Notes: generated from the letters alone by a model not told the origin. 20,000 bases of DNA from Halorussus marinus (GCF_004765795.1 NZ_SBIV01000002.1:545557-565556); one strand, 5' to 3'. Counted from the stretch's first letter, positions 8,852-17,858 are shown. Translations and numbers: made by a program.

Positions 8852-8862
8852 GAAGATTTAAG
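8852..8862 (+). promoter_or_regulatory. BRE/TATA of the first PiT gene (leaderless)
   Basis: GAAGA-TTTAAG, with the TATA 26-31 nt upstream of ATG 8888. Confidence 0.6.
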
Positions 8863-8887
8863 CGATACTCGCTCGAATCACCGACGC

Positions 8888-10027
8888 ATGCTGCTGTTAC
8901 TCGTTGGTCTCGGCGTCGCCGCCTTCGTCGGCTTCAACGTCGGCGGGTCGAACACGGGCGTCGCGTTCGGTCCGGCGGTCGGGAGCGACGCGGTCTCGAA
9001 GTCCGGGGCGGCCGGACTGATGAGCGTCTGCTTCCTGCTTGGCGGCTGGACGCTCGGTCGCCGCGTGGTCGACACCCTCGGGCGGGGACTGGTCGCCGAC
9101 GATCCGTTCACGATGCGGGTGAGCATCGCGGTCTTGCTGTTCATCGGGCTCGCGCTGTTCGCCGGCAACGTCTTCGGGGTTCCGGCCTCGACGTCGATGA
9201 CCGCCGTCGGCGCCATCGTCGGCCTCGGGCTGGCGATCGGCCGGCTGAAGGTCGACGCCGTGATCGAGATCGTCGGGTGGTGGCTGGTCGCGCCGATCGT
9301 CGGCTTCTGGGCGAGCGCGGTCGTCGGCCGCTACTGGTACGACGACCTCGCCGCGCGGATCGCGGTCGACCGGACCGACGGGCCGCTGGTGGCTCTCGAT
9401 CGGTCGGGGGCGATCCCCCGCCCGGCGCTCGGCCCGAACACGACCCGCCGGGAGTTCGCTGGAACCGCCGTGGTCGTCGTGATCGGCTGTTACATGGCGT
9501 TCTCGGCGGGCGCGTCCAACGTCGCCAACGCCGTCGCGCCCCTCGTCGGAAGCGGCGCGATCACGATGACCCAAGGCGTCCTGCTGGCGGCGGGCGCGAC
9601 CGGCGTGGGGGCGTTCACTATCGCGCGTCGCACCCTCGACACCGTCGGCAACGACCTCACCGACCTCCCGCTGGTCGCGGCGGTCGTGGTCGCGGTCGTG
9701 AGCTCCTCGATCGTGACGGCGCTGTCGGCGCTCAGCGTCCCCGCGAGCTTCGTCGTGATCGCCACGATGAGCGTCGTGGGGCTCGGATGGGGCCGAGCGA
9801 CCGTCGCCGAGGCGGTCCCCGACGAGCCGAGCGTGCCCACCGCCGGGGTCGGCCCCGCTAGCGGGACCACCGAACCGTCCGACGTCGTCGAGGACGGGGG
9901 CGCGCCGTCGCCCGCCGAGCTCTATCAGCCCGCGACGACCGCCCGGGTGATCGCACTCCAGAACCTCGTGCCGGCGGTGGCGACCGTCGTCGCGTACCTC
10001 GTGTTCCGGTACGTTCCGATCTGGTGA
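8888..10027 (+). CDS. PiT (PHO4)-family inorganic phosphate/anion transporter, paralog 1
   Basis: Multi-TM protein with two PHO4 repeats: GFNVGGSNTGVAFGPAVGS, GVPASTS, GASNVANAVAPL, GLGW. ATG 8888 is supported by TATA spacing. Confidence 0.88.
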   Translation: MLLLLVGLGVAAFVGFNVGGSNTGVAFGPAVGSDAVSKSGAAGLMSVCFLLGGWTLGRRVVDTLGRGLVADDPFTMRVSIAVLLFIGLALFAGNVFGVPASTSMTAVGAIVGLGLAIGRLKVDAVIEIVGWWLVAPIVGFWASAVVGRYWYDDLAARIAVDRTDGPLVALDRSGAIPRPALGPNTTRREFAGTAVVVVIGCYMAFSAGASNVANAVAPLVGSGAITMTQGVLLAAGATGVGAFTIARRTLDTVGNDLTDLPLVAAVVVAVVSSSIVTALSALSVPASFVVIATMSVVGLGWGRATVAEAVPDEPSVPTAGVGPASGTTEPSDVVEDGGAPSPAELYQPATTARVIALQNLVPAVATVVAYLVFRYVPIW

Positions 10028-10082
10028 GCCGCGTCGGCGCGAAATGGCGGGCCGGCCACATCGATTTCGGGAACCGACACGC

Positions 10083-10088
10083 CTTAAT
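10083..10088 (+). promoter_or_regulatory. Probable separate TATA box for the second PiT gene
   Basis: CTTAAT lies ~24-29 nt upstream of ATG 10112. Confidence 0.45.
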
Positions 10089-10111
10089 CACTCTCCGAGT
10101 TTCGTGTACCC

Positions 10112-11311
10112 ATGGTGAGCCTGCTGTTAGTCGTCGGCGTTGCGGTCGCGGTGTTCGTCGGATTCAACATCGGCGGATCCTCGACGGGCGTCGCGTTCGG
10201 TCCCGCGGTCGGCAGCGACGTGCTCTCGAAGCTCGGGGCGGCCGGGCTGATGGCGGGGTTCGCGCTGCTGGGCGGCTGGACGGTCGGTCGGAACGTCATC
10301 GCGACGATGGGCGGACAGATCGTGCCCGCGGAGCTTTTCACGCTCGGCGCGAGCGTCGGCGTCCTCTTTTTCGTCGGCCTCGCGCTCCTCGTCTCGAACC
10401 TCTTCGGGGTGCCCGCCTCCACGTCGATGACCGCCGTCGGCGCCATCGCCGGCCTCGGGGTCGCCGCGGGCAACATCGACTGGAGCGTGATGGGCCGCAT
10501 CGTCTCGTGGTGGCTGGTCGCGCCCATCCTCGCGTTCTGGGTGTGTGCGGTCGTCGGCCGATACGTCTACCCCTACCTCGACGTCTGGTTCCGGATCGAC
10601 CAGACCGAGGGGCCGCTGATCGAGTACCGCCGGGTCGGCTCGATCCCCTACCCGGTCGCGGGCGCCGACACCAATCGGCGCGAACTCGTGAGCAGCGTCC
10701 TCGTCGTCGTGATCGGCTGTTACATGGCGTTCTCGGCGGGCGCGTCCAACGTCGCCAACGCCGTCGCGCCCCTCGTCGGGAGCGGAGCGCTCGCCACCGA
10801 TCAGGGCATCCTGCTCGCCGGGGGAGCCATCGCGCTCGGCGCCTTCACGATCGCGCGTCGCACCCTCGACACCGTCGGCAACGGCCTCACCGACCTCCCG
10901 CTGTTGGCGGCGCTCATCGTCGAGGTGGTGTCGGCGTCGCTCATCACCTTCCTGTCGTACCTCGGCATCCCGGCGAGTCTCGCGGTGAGCGCCACGATGT
11001 GCATCATCGGGCTCGGGTGGGGCCGGGCGACCCGGACGGTCCGGCTCTCGGACGCGGCGGCGTCGGCGGTCAGCGGCGACGCCCGCGACCCGTCGGGCGG
11101 CGAGGAGTCGGCGATGTCGGTCAACGCGCTCGCGGCCGACCCCGAAGACGAGGTCAAGAAGATCGGCGAGGAAGAGCCCGCCGACCTGCAGGCGAGCGAC
11201 CTGTTCGACCCGGAAGCGACCGGCCGCGTCGTGATGCTCTGGATTCTGACGCCGTCGATCTCGGCGGTCGCGTCGTTCCTGCTTTTCCGGTTCGTCCCGA
11301 TTTACGGGTAG
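10112..11311 (+). CDS. PiT (PHO4)-family inorganic phosphate/anion transporter, paralog 2
   Basis: Collinear paralog of 8888-10027: GFNIGGSSTGVAFGPAVGS, GVPASTSMTAVG, GASNVANAVAPL, GIPASL. Confidence 0.9.
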   Translation: MVSLLLVVGVAVAVFVGFNIGGSSTGVAFGPAVGSDVLSKLGAAGLMAGFALLGGWTVGRNVIATMGGQIVPAELFTLGASVGVLFFVGLALLVSNLFGVPASTSMTAVGAIAGLGVAAGNIDWSVMGRIVSWWLVAPILAFWVCAVVGRYVYPYLDVWFRIDQTEGPLIEYRRVGSIPYPVAGADTNRRELVSSVLVVVIGCYMAFSAGASNVANAVAPLVGSGALATDQGILLAGGAIALGAFTIARRTLDTVGNGLTDLPLLAALIVEVVSASLITFLSYLGIPASLAVSATMCIIGLGWGRATRTVRLSDAAASAVSGDARDPSGGEESAMSVNALAADPEDEVKKIGEEEPADLQASDLFDPEATGRVVMLWILTPSISAVASFLLFRFVPIYG

Positions 11312-11361
11312 CTCGGCGGAAACAATAACTACTAACCATCTGCCGGTCGAAACTCAGGGTG

Positions 11362-11751
11362 ATGCCAACCGTAGAATACCTCAACTACGAAGTGCTGGAC
11401 GACCAGGGCTGGGACATGGACGACGACGACCTCTTCGAAGAGGCCGCCGATGCGGACCTCGACGACGAGGACTACGGCTCCCTGGAGGTCGCCGAAGGCG
11501 AGTACATCCTCGAAGCCGCCGAGGCGCAGGGCTACGACTGGCCCTTCTCGTGTCGCGCCGGCGCCTGTGCGAACTGCGCGTCCATCGTCAAGGAGGGCGA
11601 AATCGACATGGACATGCAACAGATCCTCAGCGACGAGGAGGTCGAGGAGAAGAACGTTCGACTGACCTGCATCGGCAGTCCGGCGGCCGACGAGGTCAAG
11701 ATCGTCTACAACGCAAAGCACCTCGACTACCTCCAGAACCGCGTCATATAA
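11362..11751 (+). CDS. fer: Halophile-type [2Fe-2S] ferredoxin
   Basis: [10 protein letters not shown] start with acidic insertion; [13 protein letters not shown]...RLTC cluster motif; [14 protein letters not shown] end. Confidence 0.97.
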   Translation: MPTVEYLNYEVLDDQGWDMDDDDLFEEAADADLDDEDYGSLEVAEGEYILEAAEAQGYDWPFSCRAGACANCASIVKEGEIDMDMQQILSDEEVEEKNVRLTCIGSPAADEVKIVYNAKHLDYLQNRVI

Positions 11752-11768
11752 GCGGCTCTCCCGATCGC

Positions 11769-11774
11769 TTTTTT
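11769..11774 (+). terminator. Oligo-T terminator after fer
   Basis: TTTTTT begins 18 nt after the stop codon. Confidence 0.5.
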
Positions 11775-11845
11775 CCGGCGCCGCGACCGCGTAGCGCCCG
11801 CTTTGAGCGGGAGCTTTAGGTGAGTCGGCCGCGTGTCCGGAACGG

Positions 11846-12094
11846 ATGACCGACGAGAACGCGACCCGAACGATGCGCGATACGTTCGGCGTCTGGAACG
11901 TCGACGCCGTCGAGCGGGAGGTCGTCCTCCGGAGTTCGGACGACCAGCACGTCGCGGTCCCGCTCCCGGCTGGCGAGCGCGACCGGTTCGAGGCGCTCGC
12001 CGACGGGTCGGGCACCGTCGACGCGACGCTCGCGGCGACCGACGACGGGCCGACGTCGTGGCGGATCGATGCGATCCACGCCGTCGACCGCTGA
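11846..12094 (+). CDS. Small hypothetical protein (82 aa, beta-rich, possibly OB-fold-like)
   Basis: ATG start, acidic composition, TATA-like TTTAGG at 11815-11820 with leaderless spacing. Confidence 0.7.
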   Translation: MTDENATRTMRDTFGVWNVDAVEREVVLRSSDDQHVAVPLPAGERDRFEALADGSGTVDATLAATDDGPTSWRIDAIHAVDR

Positions 12095-12159
12095 GCGCGC
12101 ACGCCCCGAGCGCCCTCGCCCGAACGGACAGCGGGCCGGGCGCCGCCCCGTCTCTTACA

Positions 12160-12167
12160 TTTATATA
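12160..12167 (+). promoter_or_regulatory. TATA box of pibD
   Basis: Consensus TTTATATA 35-42 nt upstream of GTG 12202. Confidence 0.6.
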
Positions 12168-12201
12168 CGATGGTGGAACAAGTCCCGGTCGAGAGACTAC
12201 C

Positions 12202-13194
12202 GTGCCCCTACTCGACGCCTCGATACCCGATCTCCTCCGACTGGTCGTCGTCCCCGCGTTCGGCTGGGCGGCGTGGCGGGACGTACGGACCCGCCGGATC
12301 CCGAACCGGACGTGGTACCCGCTGGCCGCGCTCGCGGTCGCCCTGCTGGCGTGGGACGCGTGGCGGGCCGCGAGCGGCGCGGTCGGCGCCCCGGAGTTCT
12401 TCTGGATCCGGGCGGGCGTGAGTCTGGGCGTCGTCGCGCCGCTGGTGCTTGCGTTCTGGTGGTTCCGTGCGTTCGGCGGCGCGGACGCGAAGGCGTTTCT
12501 CGTGGTCGCCGCGCTGTTCCCGACGTTCCCGAGCTACCTCCTCGCCGGATGGGAGCTCCCGCTCCAACAGACCCGTCTCGGCGTGTTCTCGCTCACGATC
12601 CTGACGAACACCGTCCTCGTCGGTGCGCTCTACCCGGTCGGTATCTTCCTCCGGAACGCCGCCGCCGGCCGGTTCTCGTCGGTGATGGTCGTCGGCAAGC
12701 CGGTGTCGTGGGACGCGATCCCGACCGAGCACGGTCGACTGCTCGAGACGCCGGCGGGCACGACCCGCAACGGCGTCGATCTGGACGCGATCCGGATGTA
12801 CCTCCGGTGGCGGGGACTGACGCTCGCGGAGCTCCGGGACGACCCCGACCGCCTGCGCGACCCCGCGAGCTTGCCGGCCGAACCGAACCCGCCCGGCGAC
12901 GGTGCGGTCGAGACTGCGCGAACTGACGGCGGTGCGGTCGCCGAGGCGGTCCCGGACGACGCGCCGGCCGACGACCCGTGGGGCGCGGCCGCCTTCCTCG
13001 CGGCCATCGACCACGGCGCGTACGGGACCACACCCGACCGACTCCGCGACGGACTGGACGTGCTGGTCGCCAAAGAGGAGGTGTGGGTCTCGCCCGGCAT
13101 CCCGTTCGTCGTCCCGCTGTTTGTCGGGACCGTGGTGGCGCTGACCTACGGCGATCTGCTGTTCGGCGCGCTCGCGGCGCTCGGGATCGCGTAG
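12202..13194 (+). CDS. pibD: Prepilin/prearchaellin peptidase (peptidase A24, PibD/FlaK type)
   Basis: Two catalytic Asp motifs ([11 protein letters not shown] and FGGADAK), multiple TMs and archaeal C-terminal [10 protein letters not shown]...G...YGDL. GTG 12202 follows a TATA box. Confidence 0.88.
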   Translation: MPLLDASIPDLLRLVVVPAFGWAAWRDVRTRRIPNRTWYPLAALAVALLAWDAWRAASGAVGAPEFFWIRAGVSLGVVAPLVLAFWWFRAFGGADAKAFLVVAALFPTFPSYLLAGWELPLQQTRLGVFSLTILTNTVLVGALYPVGIFLRNAAAGRFSSVMVVGKPVSWDAIPTEHGRLLETPAGTTRNGVDLDAIRMYLRWRGLTLAELRDDPDRLRDPASLPAEPNPPGDGAVETARTDGGAVAEAVPDDAPADDPWGAAAFLAAIDHGAYGTTPDRLRDGLDVLVAKEEVWVSPGIPFVVPLFVGTVVALTYGDLLFGALAALGIA

Positions 13195-13207
13195 CTCGGG
13201 GCGGTCT

Positions 13208-15913
13208 TCAGGCCGCTTCGGTGGCGCCCGGCTCGGCGGCGGGTTCGGTCTCGGCCTGTCGGCGGTTGCGAACCGCGAGCGCGGCGAACAGCGCGCCCCC
13301 GACCGCCCGGAGTGCGAGATCGAACAGCACGGGGTCGACGTTCGCCGACACCCCCACCACAGAGAGCACCGTCGTCGCCACGTTGAACAGCAACAGCGGC
13401 GCCATCAGGAGAAGGGCCGCGAGCGCGAACCCGGCGCGGGCGAGCCGGCTCACGTCGGTGTAGAGATACGCGATGATGGTCGCGCCGAGCGCCACGACCC
13501 CGACGAACACGCCGACGACCGGGATCAGCACCTCCGGAAGGAAGTAGCCCAGCTCGGTAACGTCGGCGATCCCGATGACGTCGACCTCCTCGCCGGTGCC
13601 GGTCCCGCGGAGCAGGAGAATGCCCGGAGTCAGCACGAACGCGAACGGGACGATCGCCTTGTTGAGCGACAGCGAGAACGCCTTTACCCCCGTCTCGAAC
13701 TGGTCGGACTGGGCGATTCCCGAGGCGGCGTACGCCGCGACCGCGACCGGCGGGGTGATGTCGGCGATGACGCCGAAGTAGAGGATGAACAGGTGGGCCG
13801 CCAAAATCGGGATGCCGAGTTCGCTGATCGCCGGTCCGAGCATCGAGACGAGGATGATGTAGGTCACCGTCGTCGGCATCCCCATACCGAGGATGATCGA
13901 GGAGATGGCCGTGAGGACGAGCAGCGCGACGATCGAGCCGCCGGCCACGGTGCGGATGAGCGCGGTCAGGTTCGGGCCGAGCCCGCTCACGCTGATGACG
14001 CCCGGGATCACGCCCGCGGCGGCGACCGCGATGACGACCGCGGTCGCGGTGCGGGCTCCCGTGTCCATCGACTTCAGGACGAATCCGACGTACTGAAACG
14101 GGCGATTGGACGCGAGTCGCGGCCGGCGGACCGCGTCCGCGGCCGACGAGACCGCGCTGTCGACCTGCGGGTCGAAGTCCAGAAGCGGCGCGTCGCCCCG
14201 CGGCCGGGCGAGCATCGTCGCGAGGCTGACCGCGAGCGTGAGCCACCCGAGCTTGCCGGCCGCCGCGAGCACCGCCGCGATCGGCGCCAACCCCGTCCCC
14301 GGAGCCGAGCCGGTGAGCGCGTCGACCAGCCCAGCGCCGGTCGCCACGAACGCGGCGGTCTCCAGCAGGAACAGTCCCGTGATGGTGCCGAGTAGCGGTC
14401 CGCGAGTCTCCTCGCTGTAGGCGGCGACCAGTGCGATGAGCGCGCCGACCGCGACCAGCGTGAACCACGCCGACCGGGCGACCGACAGCCGCTCGACGAT
14501 GAGATAGTAGAGCAAGAGCCCGAGCGGGACGAGGTAGAACCACCCTCGGGCGAGGTGGGGCCGCCACGAGACGACGTCTTCGATCGCGAGCCCGCCGATG
14601 TCCCGCTTCGAGGCCTCGAGGTGGACCATCACCCACACGCCGAAAAAGAACACGATCGCGGGGATCGCGGCGGCCAAGATGACGTCGCGGAACGGCGTTA
14701 GCGTGTACTCCACGATGAGAAACGCCGCGGCGCCCATCACCGGCGGGAGGATCTGGCCGCCCGACGACGCCGAGGCCTCGACCGCGCCCGAGAACTCCGG
14801 GCTGTATCCGGACCGCTTCATCAGCGGAATCGTGAACGCCCCGGTGGTGACGGTGTTGGCGATCGACGAGCCGCTGATGGTGCCCATGAAGCCGCTGGCG
14901 ATGATGCTCGCCTTCGCGGGGCCGCCCTTGCGCTGGCCGGTCGCCGAGTACGCGAGGTCGATGAACCACTTGCCCGCGCCGCTCATCTCCAAGAACGCGC
15001 CAAAGAGGATGAAGATGTAGATGAACCGGACGCTGACCGTGACTGGAACGCCGAAGATGCCGTTCTCGGTGTTGTACCAGAGGTTCTGGACGATCGAGTC
15101 CCAGCCGAGCCGCGGGATCGAGAGGACCCCGACGTAGGCGGCGTCGATCGGGATCAGGTATCCCCAGCGGGCGTAGACGATGAACGACGCCACGATCGCC
15201 ATCAGATAGACGCCCAGCGCGCGCCGGGTCGCCTCCAACACGAGCAGGACGCCGATGGCGCCGAGCAGGAAAGCATAAGACACCTCGTCGAGCGGGACCC
15301 CGACCGCCGAGACCGCGTCGACTACCGGCGCGAGAAACGGGTAGTACTCCCCGACGGTCCGCCCGAAGCCGAGCCCGAGCGCGCGCATCCGGCGGATCTC
15401 GCCGAAGTCAGTCAGCATGTAGGTGACCGCCAGAACTGCGATTCCGACCAGTAGCCAGTCGAACGGCGTCACCCGGCGCCGATCGGGGTCCATGAACAGC
15501 CACCGGACCGCGCCGCGAGCGCGCTCGCCGGCCCGAGTCACCGCGCTGTCGTCGCCGTATCGGTCCCGGAGCGCGGGAACCACCCGCCCGAGTCGCCGGG
15601 AGACGAACCCGTCGCCCATCGAGGGCGGAAAGAGGAGAAAGGTGAGCACGAGCGCGAACGAGACGTGGACCGCGTTTATCTGGAGCAACTGGAGCGAGCC
15701 GAGTTCGACCCGACCGACGAGCGGCAGGGTCGCGGCGAAGATGAACCCCCGGGCGGCCAGCCACATCTGGAACGCCGAAAACGAGATCGCGACGACCGAG
15801 ACCGCGACCGCCAGCGCCCCGCGGAGCGACCGACGCCGTTCGAGTTGCTCGATGAGTTCCTGCTGGTCGGCGTCAGGAACGGCCGCACTGTCGGTGCGTT
15901 CGGTGTCGCTCAT
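13208..15913 (-). CDS. TAXI-TRAP transporter fused 4TM/12TM permease
   Basis: 901-aa polytopic protein with LEATRR, GIFGVP, GGPAKA, GSSIAN, ASSGGQILPPVMGAAAF, LGMGMPTT and ADITPPVAVAAYAA. Confidence 0.95.
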   Translation of the reverse strand: MSDTERTDSAAVPDADQQELIEQLERRRSLRGALAVAVSVVAISFSAFQMWLAARGFIFAATLPLVGRVELGSLQLLQINAVHVSFALVLTFLLFPPSMGDGFVSRRLGRVVPALRDRYGDDSAVTRAGERARGAVRWLFMDPDRRRVTPFDWLLVGIAVLAVTYMLTDFGEIRRMRALGLGFGRTVGEYYPFLAPVVDAVSAVGVPLDEVSYAFLLGAIGVLLVLEATRRALGVYLMAIVASFIVYARWGYLIPIDAAYVGVLSIPRLGWDSIVQNLWYNTENGIFGVPVTVSVRFIYIFILFGAFLEMSGAGKWFIDLAYSATGQRKGGPAKASIIASGFMGTISGSSIANTVTTGAFTIPLMKRSGYSPEFSGAVEASASSGGQILPPVMGAAAFLIVEYTLTPFRDVILAAAIPAIVFFFGVWVMVHLEASKRDIGGLAIEDVVSWRPHLARGWFYLVPLGLLLYYLIVERLSVARSAWFTLVAVGALIALVAAYSEETRGPLLGTITGLFLLETAAFVATGAGLVDALTGSAPGTGLAPIAAVLAAAGKLGWLTLAVSLATMLARPRGDAPLLDFDPQVDSAVSSAADAVRRPRLASNRPFQYVGFVLKSMDTGARTATAVVIAVAAAGVIPGVISVSGLGPNLTALIRTVAGGSIVALLVLTAISSIILGMGMPTTVTYIILVSMLGPAISELGIPILAAHLFILYFGVIADITPPVAVAAYAASGIAQSDQFETGVKAFSLSLNKAIVPFAFVLTPGILLLRGTGTGEEVDVIGIADVTELGYFLPEVLIPVVGVFVGVVALGATIIAYLYTDVSRLARAGFALAALLLMAPLLLFNVATTVLSVVGVSANVDPVLFDLALRAVGGALFAALAVRNRRQAETEPAAEPGATEAA

Positions 15914-16458
15914 GTGTCGGTCGGAGTCCCGGAGGCGTTCGTCACGAGCAGTTTCACCGACCGGCCCGACGAGAGCCCGACGAGGTCGTAGGTCCGGTCG
16001 GCGACGAGCAGTTCGTGACCCGCGATTTCGCCGGGCTGAACGTAGATGTGATCGTAGCTCCCCGACGGGTCGAAGACGAAGGTCCCGTCGTCGGTAACGT
16101 TCACGTCGGCCCGCGCCGGGAGCCCCGCGCCGTACGACCGGAACTCCATGCGGACCATCTCGAGTTCGGTGCCGTTGACCGCGTACACGTCGAGCACCGG
16201 CGTCTTCTCGACGCTGTGAGTGTAGTTGAGCGCCACCGTCGTCCCCTCGGTCACCGGCGTCGTCAGCAGTCGCTCGCCGGTCTCGGCGTCGGCGACGACC
16301 AGCGAGCGGTCGGGGGTCGCGTTCGGGTCGACCGTCGTCGAGGGTCGGTTGGTCGCCGCGTCGACCGGGGCTCGCGGACCCGCGCCCCCGACCGCGCCGA
16401 CCCCCGCAACCGCGACGACGAGCAGGCAGACCCAGACCGAGAGGGGGAGTCGAGTCAC
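15910..16458 (-). CDS. DUF1850 domain protein (TAXI-TRAP associated)
   Basis: N-terminal hydrophobic helix; YTHSVEKTP and F.SYGAGLP motifs; located between the TAXI receptor and the permease with ATGA overlap. Confidence 0.85.
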   Translation of the reverse strand: MTRLPLSVWVCLLVVAVAGVGAVGGAGPRAPVDAATNRPSTTVDPNATPDRSLVVADAETGERLLTTPVTEGTTVALNYTHSVEKTPVLDVYAVNGTELEMVRMEFRSYGAGLPARADVNVTDDGTFVFDPSGSYDHIYVQPGEIAGHELLVADRTYDLVGLSSGRSVKLLVTNASGTPTDT

Positions 16459-16459
16459 G

Positions 16460-17512
16460 TTAGCTTTCGGTCGTGGTCCCCATCTCGGTCCCGTTCGTCG
16501 CCGTCTCGGTTCCCATCTCGGTCCCGTTCGTCGCCGTCTCGCCAGCCGCGGTCGTCGCGGGACCGAGGACCGCTCGGGCGCCCTCGTGGAGCGGGATCGA
16601 CATCCCGTCGAGCGCCGAGTCCGTGCCGATGAAGTCGGTCTTGATCGTCAGGTCGTCGGTGTTTTCGAAGATCGTCTGCGTGATCGTCTCGACCGTGCCG
16701 GCGTCGAGTTCTTCGCGCGTGGCGATCATCGCCTGAACCGAAACGGTCGGGACGGCCTCGTCGACGCCGCTGTACGTTCCGGCCGGGATCTCGTCCTCCG
16801 CGAACCACGAGGAGGCGTCGAGAATCTGCTCGCGGGCGTCCCCCGAGATCGAGACGATCGAGATCTCGGAGGTCGTCGCGAGTTCCTCGATCGCGCCGAG
16901 GGGCCAGCCCCCGACGACGAACGCCGCGTCGATGTCGCCGTCCCGGAGCTGGTCGGCCGCCTGCGAGAAGCTGGCGTTCTGCTCGGTGAAGTCGTCGGTC
17001 GTGATGCCGGCGCTCTCGAGGATCTGGAGCGCGTTGACCTGCGTCCCGCTCCCGAGGTCGCCGGTGTTGATGGTCGCGCCCTCGAGGTCTTCGAGCGTCT
17101 CGATGCCGGTCTCGGGCCGGGTCACGACGTGGATTGTCTCCGGATAGAGCGTGGCGACCCCACGGAGGTTCTCGACGGGATTCCCGTCGAACGCGTCGAT
17201 CCCGGTCCCGTTGTACGCGAAGTAGGCGACGTCGTTCTGGATGAGCGCGAAGTCGGCGTCGCCGTTCGAGAGGCTCCCGACGTTCTCGACGCTGGCGCCC
17301 GTCGACTGGACCTGAAGTGTGAACTCCGTGTTATCCTCGACGACCGTCTTGAGCTCGTTCGACAGCGGGAAGTACGTGCCGCCGGTCCCGCCGGCGTGCC
17401 ACGAGAGCCGCTGGTCCTGCGCGAGTCCGGTGCCGGTGAACCCGAGTAGCCCGGCGAGTCCGGCCGCGCCCGTCGCTTTCAGTGCGTCGCGTCTGTTGAT
17501 TTCCCCCACCAT
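16460..17512 (-). CDS. TAXI-family TRAP solute-binding protein with Tat signal
   Basis: NRRDALK twin-Arg signal; GGTGGTYFP, STGASVEN, ALIQND, LYPE, GSGT and IPLHEGA motifs. ATG 17512 preferred. Confidence 0.95.
   Translation of the reverse strand: MVGEINRRDALKATGAAGLAGLLGFTGTGLAQDQRLSWHAGGTGGTYFPLSNELKTVVEDNTEFTLQVQSTGASVENVGSLSNGDADFALIQNDVAYFAYNGTGIDAFDGNPVENLRGVATLYPETIHVVTRPETGIETLEDLEGATINTGDLGSGTQVNALQILESAGITTDDFTEQNASFSQAADQLRDGDIDAAFVVGGWPLGAIEELATTSEISIVSISGDAREQILDASSWFAEDEIPAGTYSGVDEAVPTVSVQAMIATREELDAGTVETITQTIFENTDDLTIKTDFIGTDSALDGMSIPLHEGARAVLGPATTAAGETATNGTEMGTETATNGTEMGTTTES
16479..16541 (-). repeat. 33-bp-period tandem duplication encoding (ETATNGTEMGT)x2 in the TAXI C-terminal tail
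   Basis: CCCATCTCGGTCCCGTTCGTCGCCGTCTCG occurs at 16479-16508 and 16512-16541. Confidence 0.9.
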
Positions 17513-17858
17513 GACAGAGCGTAGGTATTCGCCAACGCGCATATAGCTTGCTGACCCTCCGGCGCCGAAATCGGAGGTTTCGATCGGCGCGACGAGGCGT
17601 ATCGATCACACCGGCTTCGAAGATCTCGGAGCACTCCGATCCAGCTGGGAAATCACGACTTGAGCGCGATCGGGCGCCGGACCCTCGTCACTGAAACGGT
17701 AGGTTACCGTTACGGCGTTGAGTAGATAGACCGGGTTACGACCCGGTTTCGTCGAGCGGAGCGGTGTATCCATCGTTACGACCATTTCGCTCGCCAACTG
17801 ACAGTCCCTATCGAAGTAATCGGGAGAACTATTGTAAAACAAATTAGAGTACGACACC

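Noticed and set aside
8729..8887. N-terminal extension of the first PiT ORF
   Set aside because: Overlaps the serA start and both promoters; paralog alignment and TATA spacing support ATG 8888.
11833..12201. Arg-rich N-terminal extension of the PibD ORF in the ORF track
   Set aside because: Overlaps the 82-aa gene in another frame and spans the TATA box at 12160; the real start is most likely GTG 12202.
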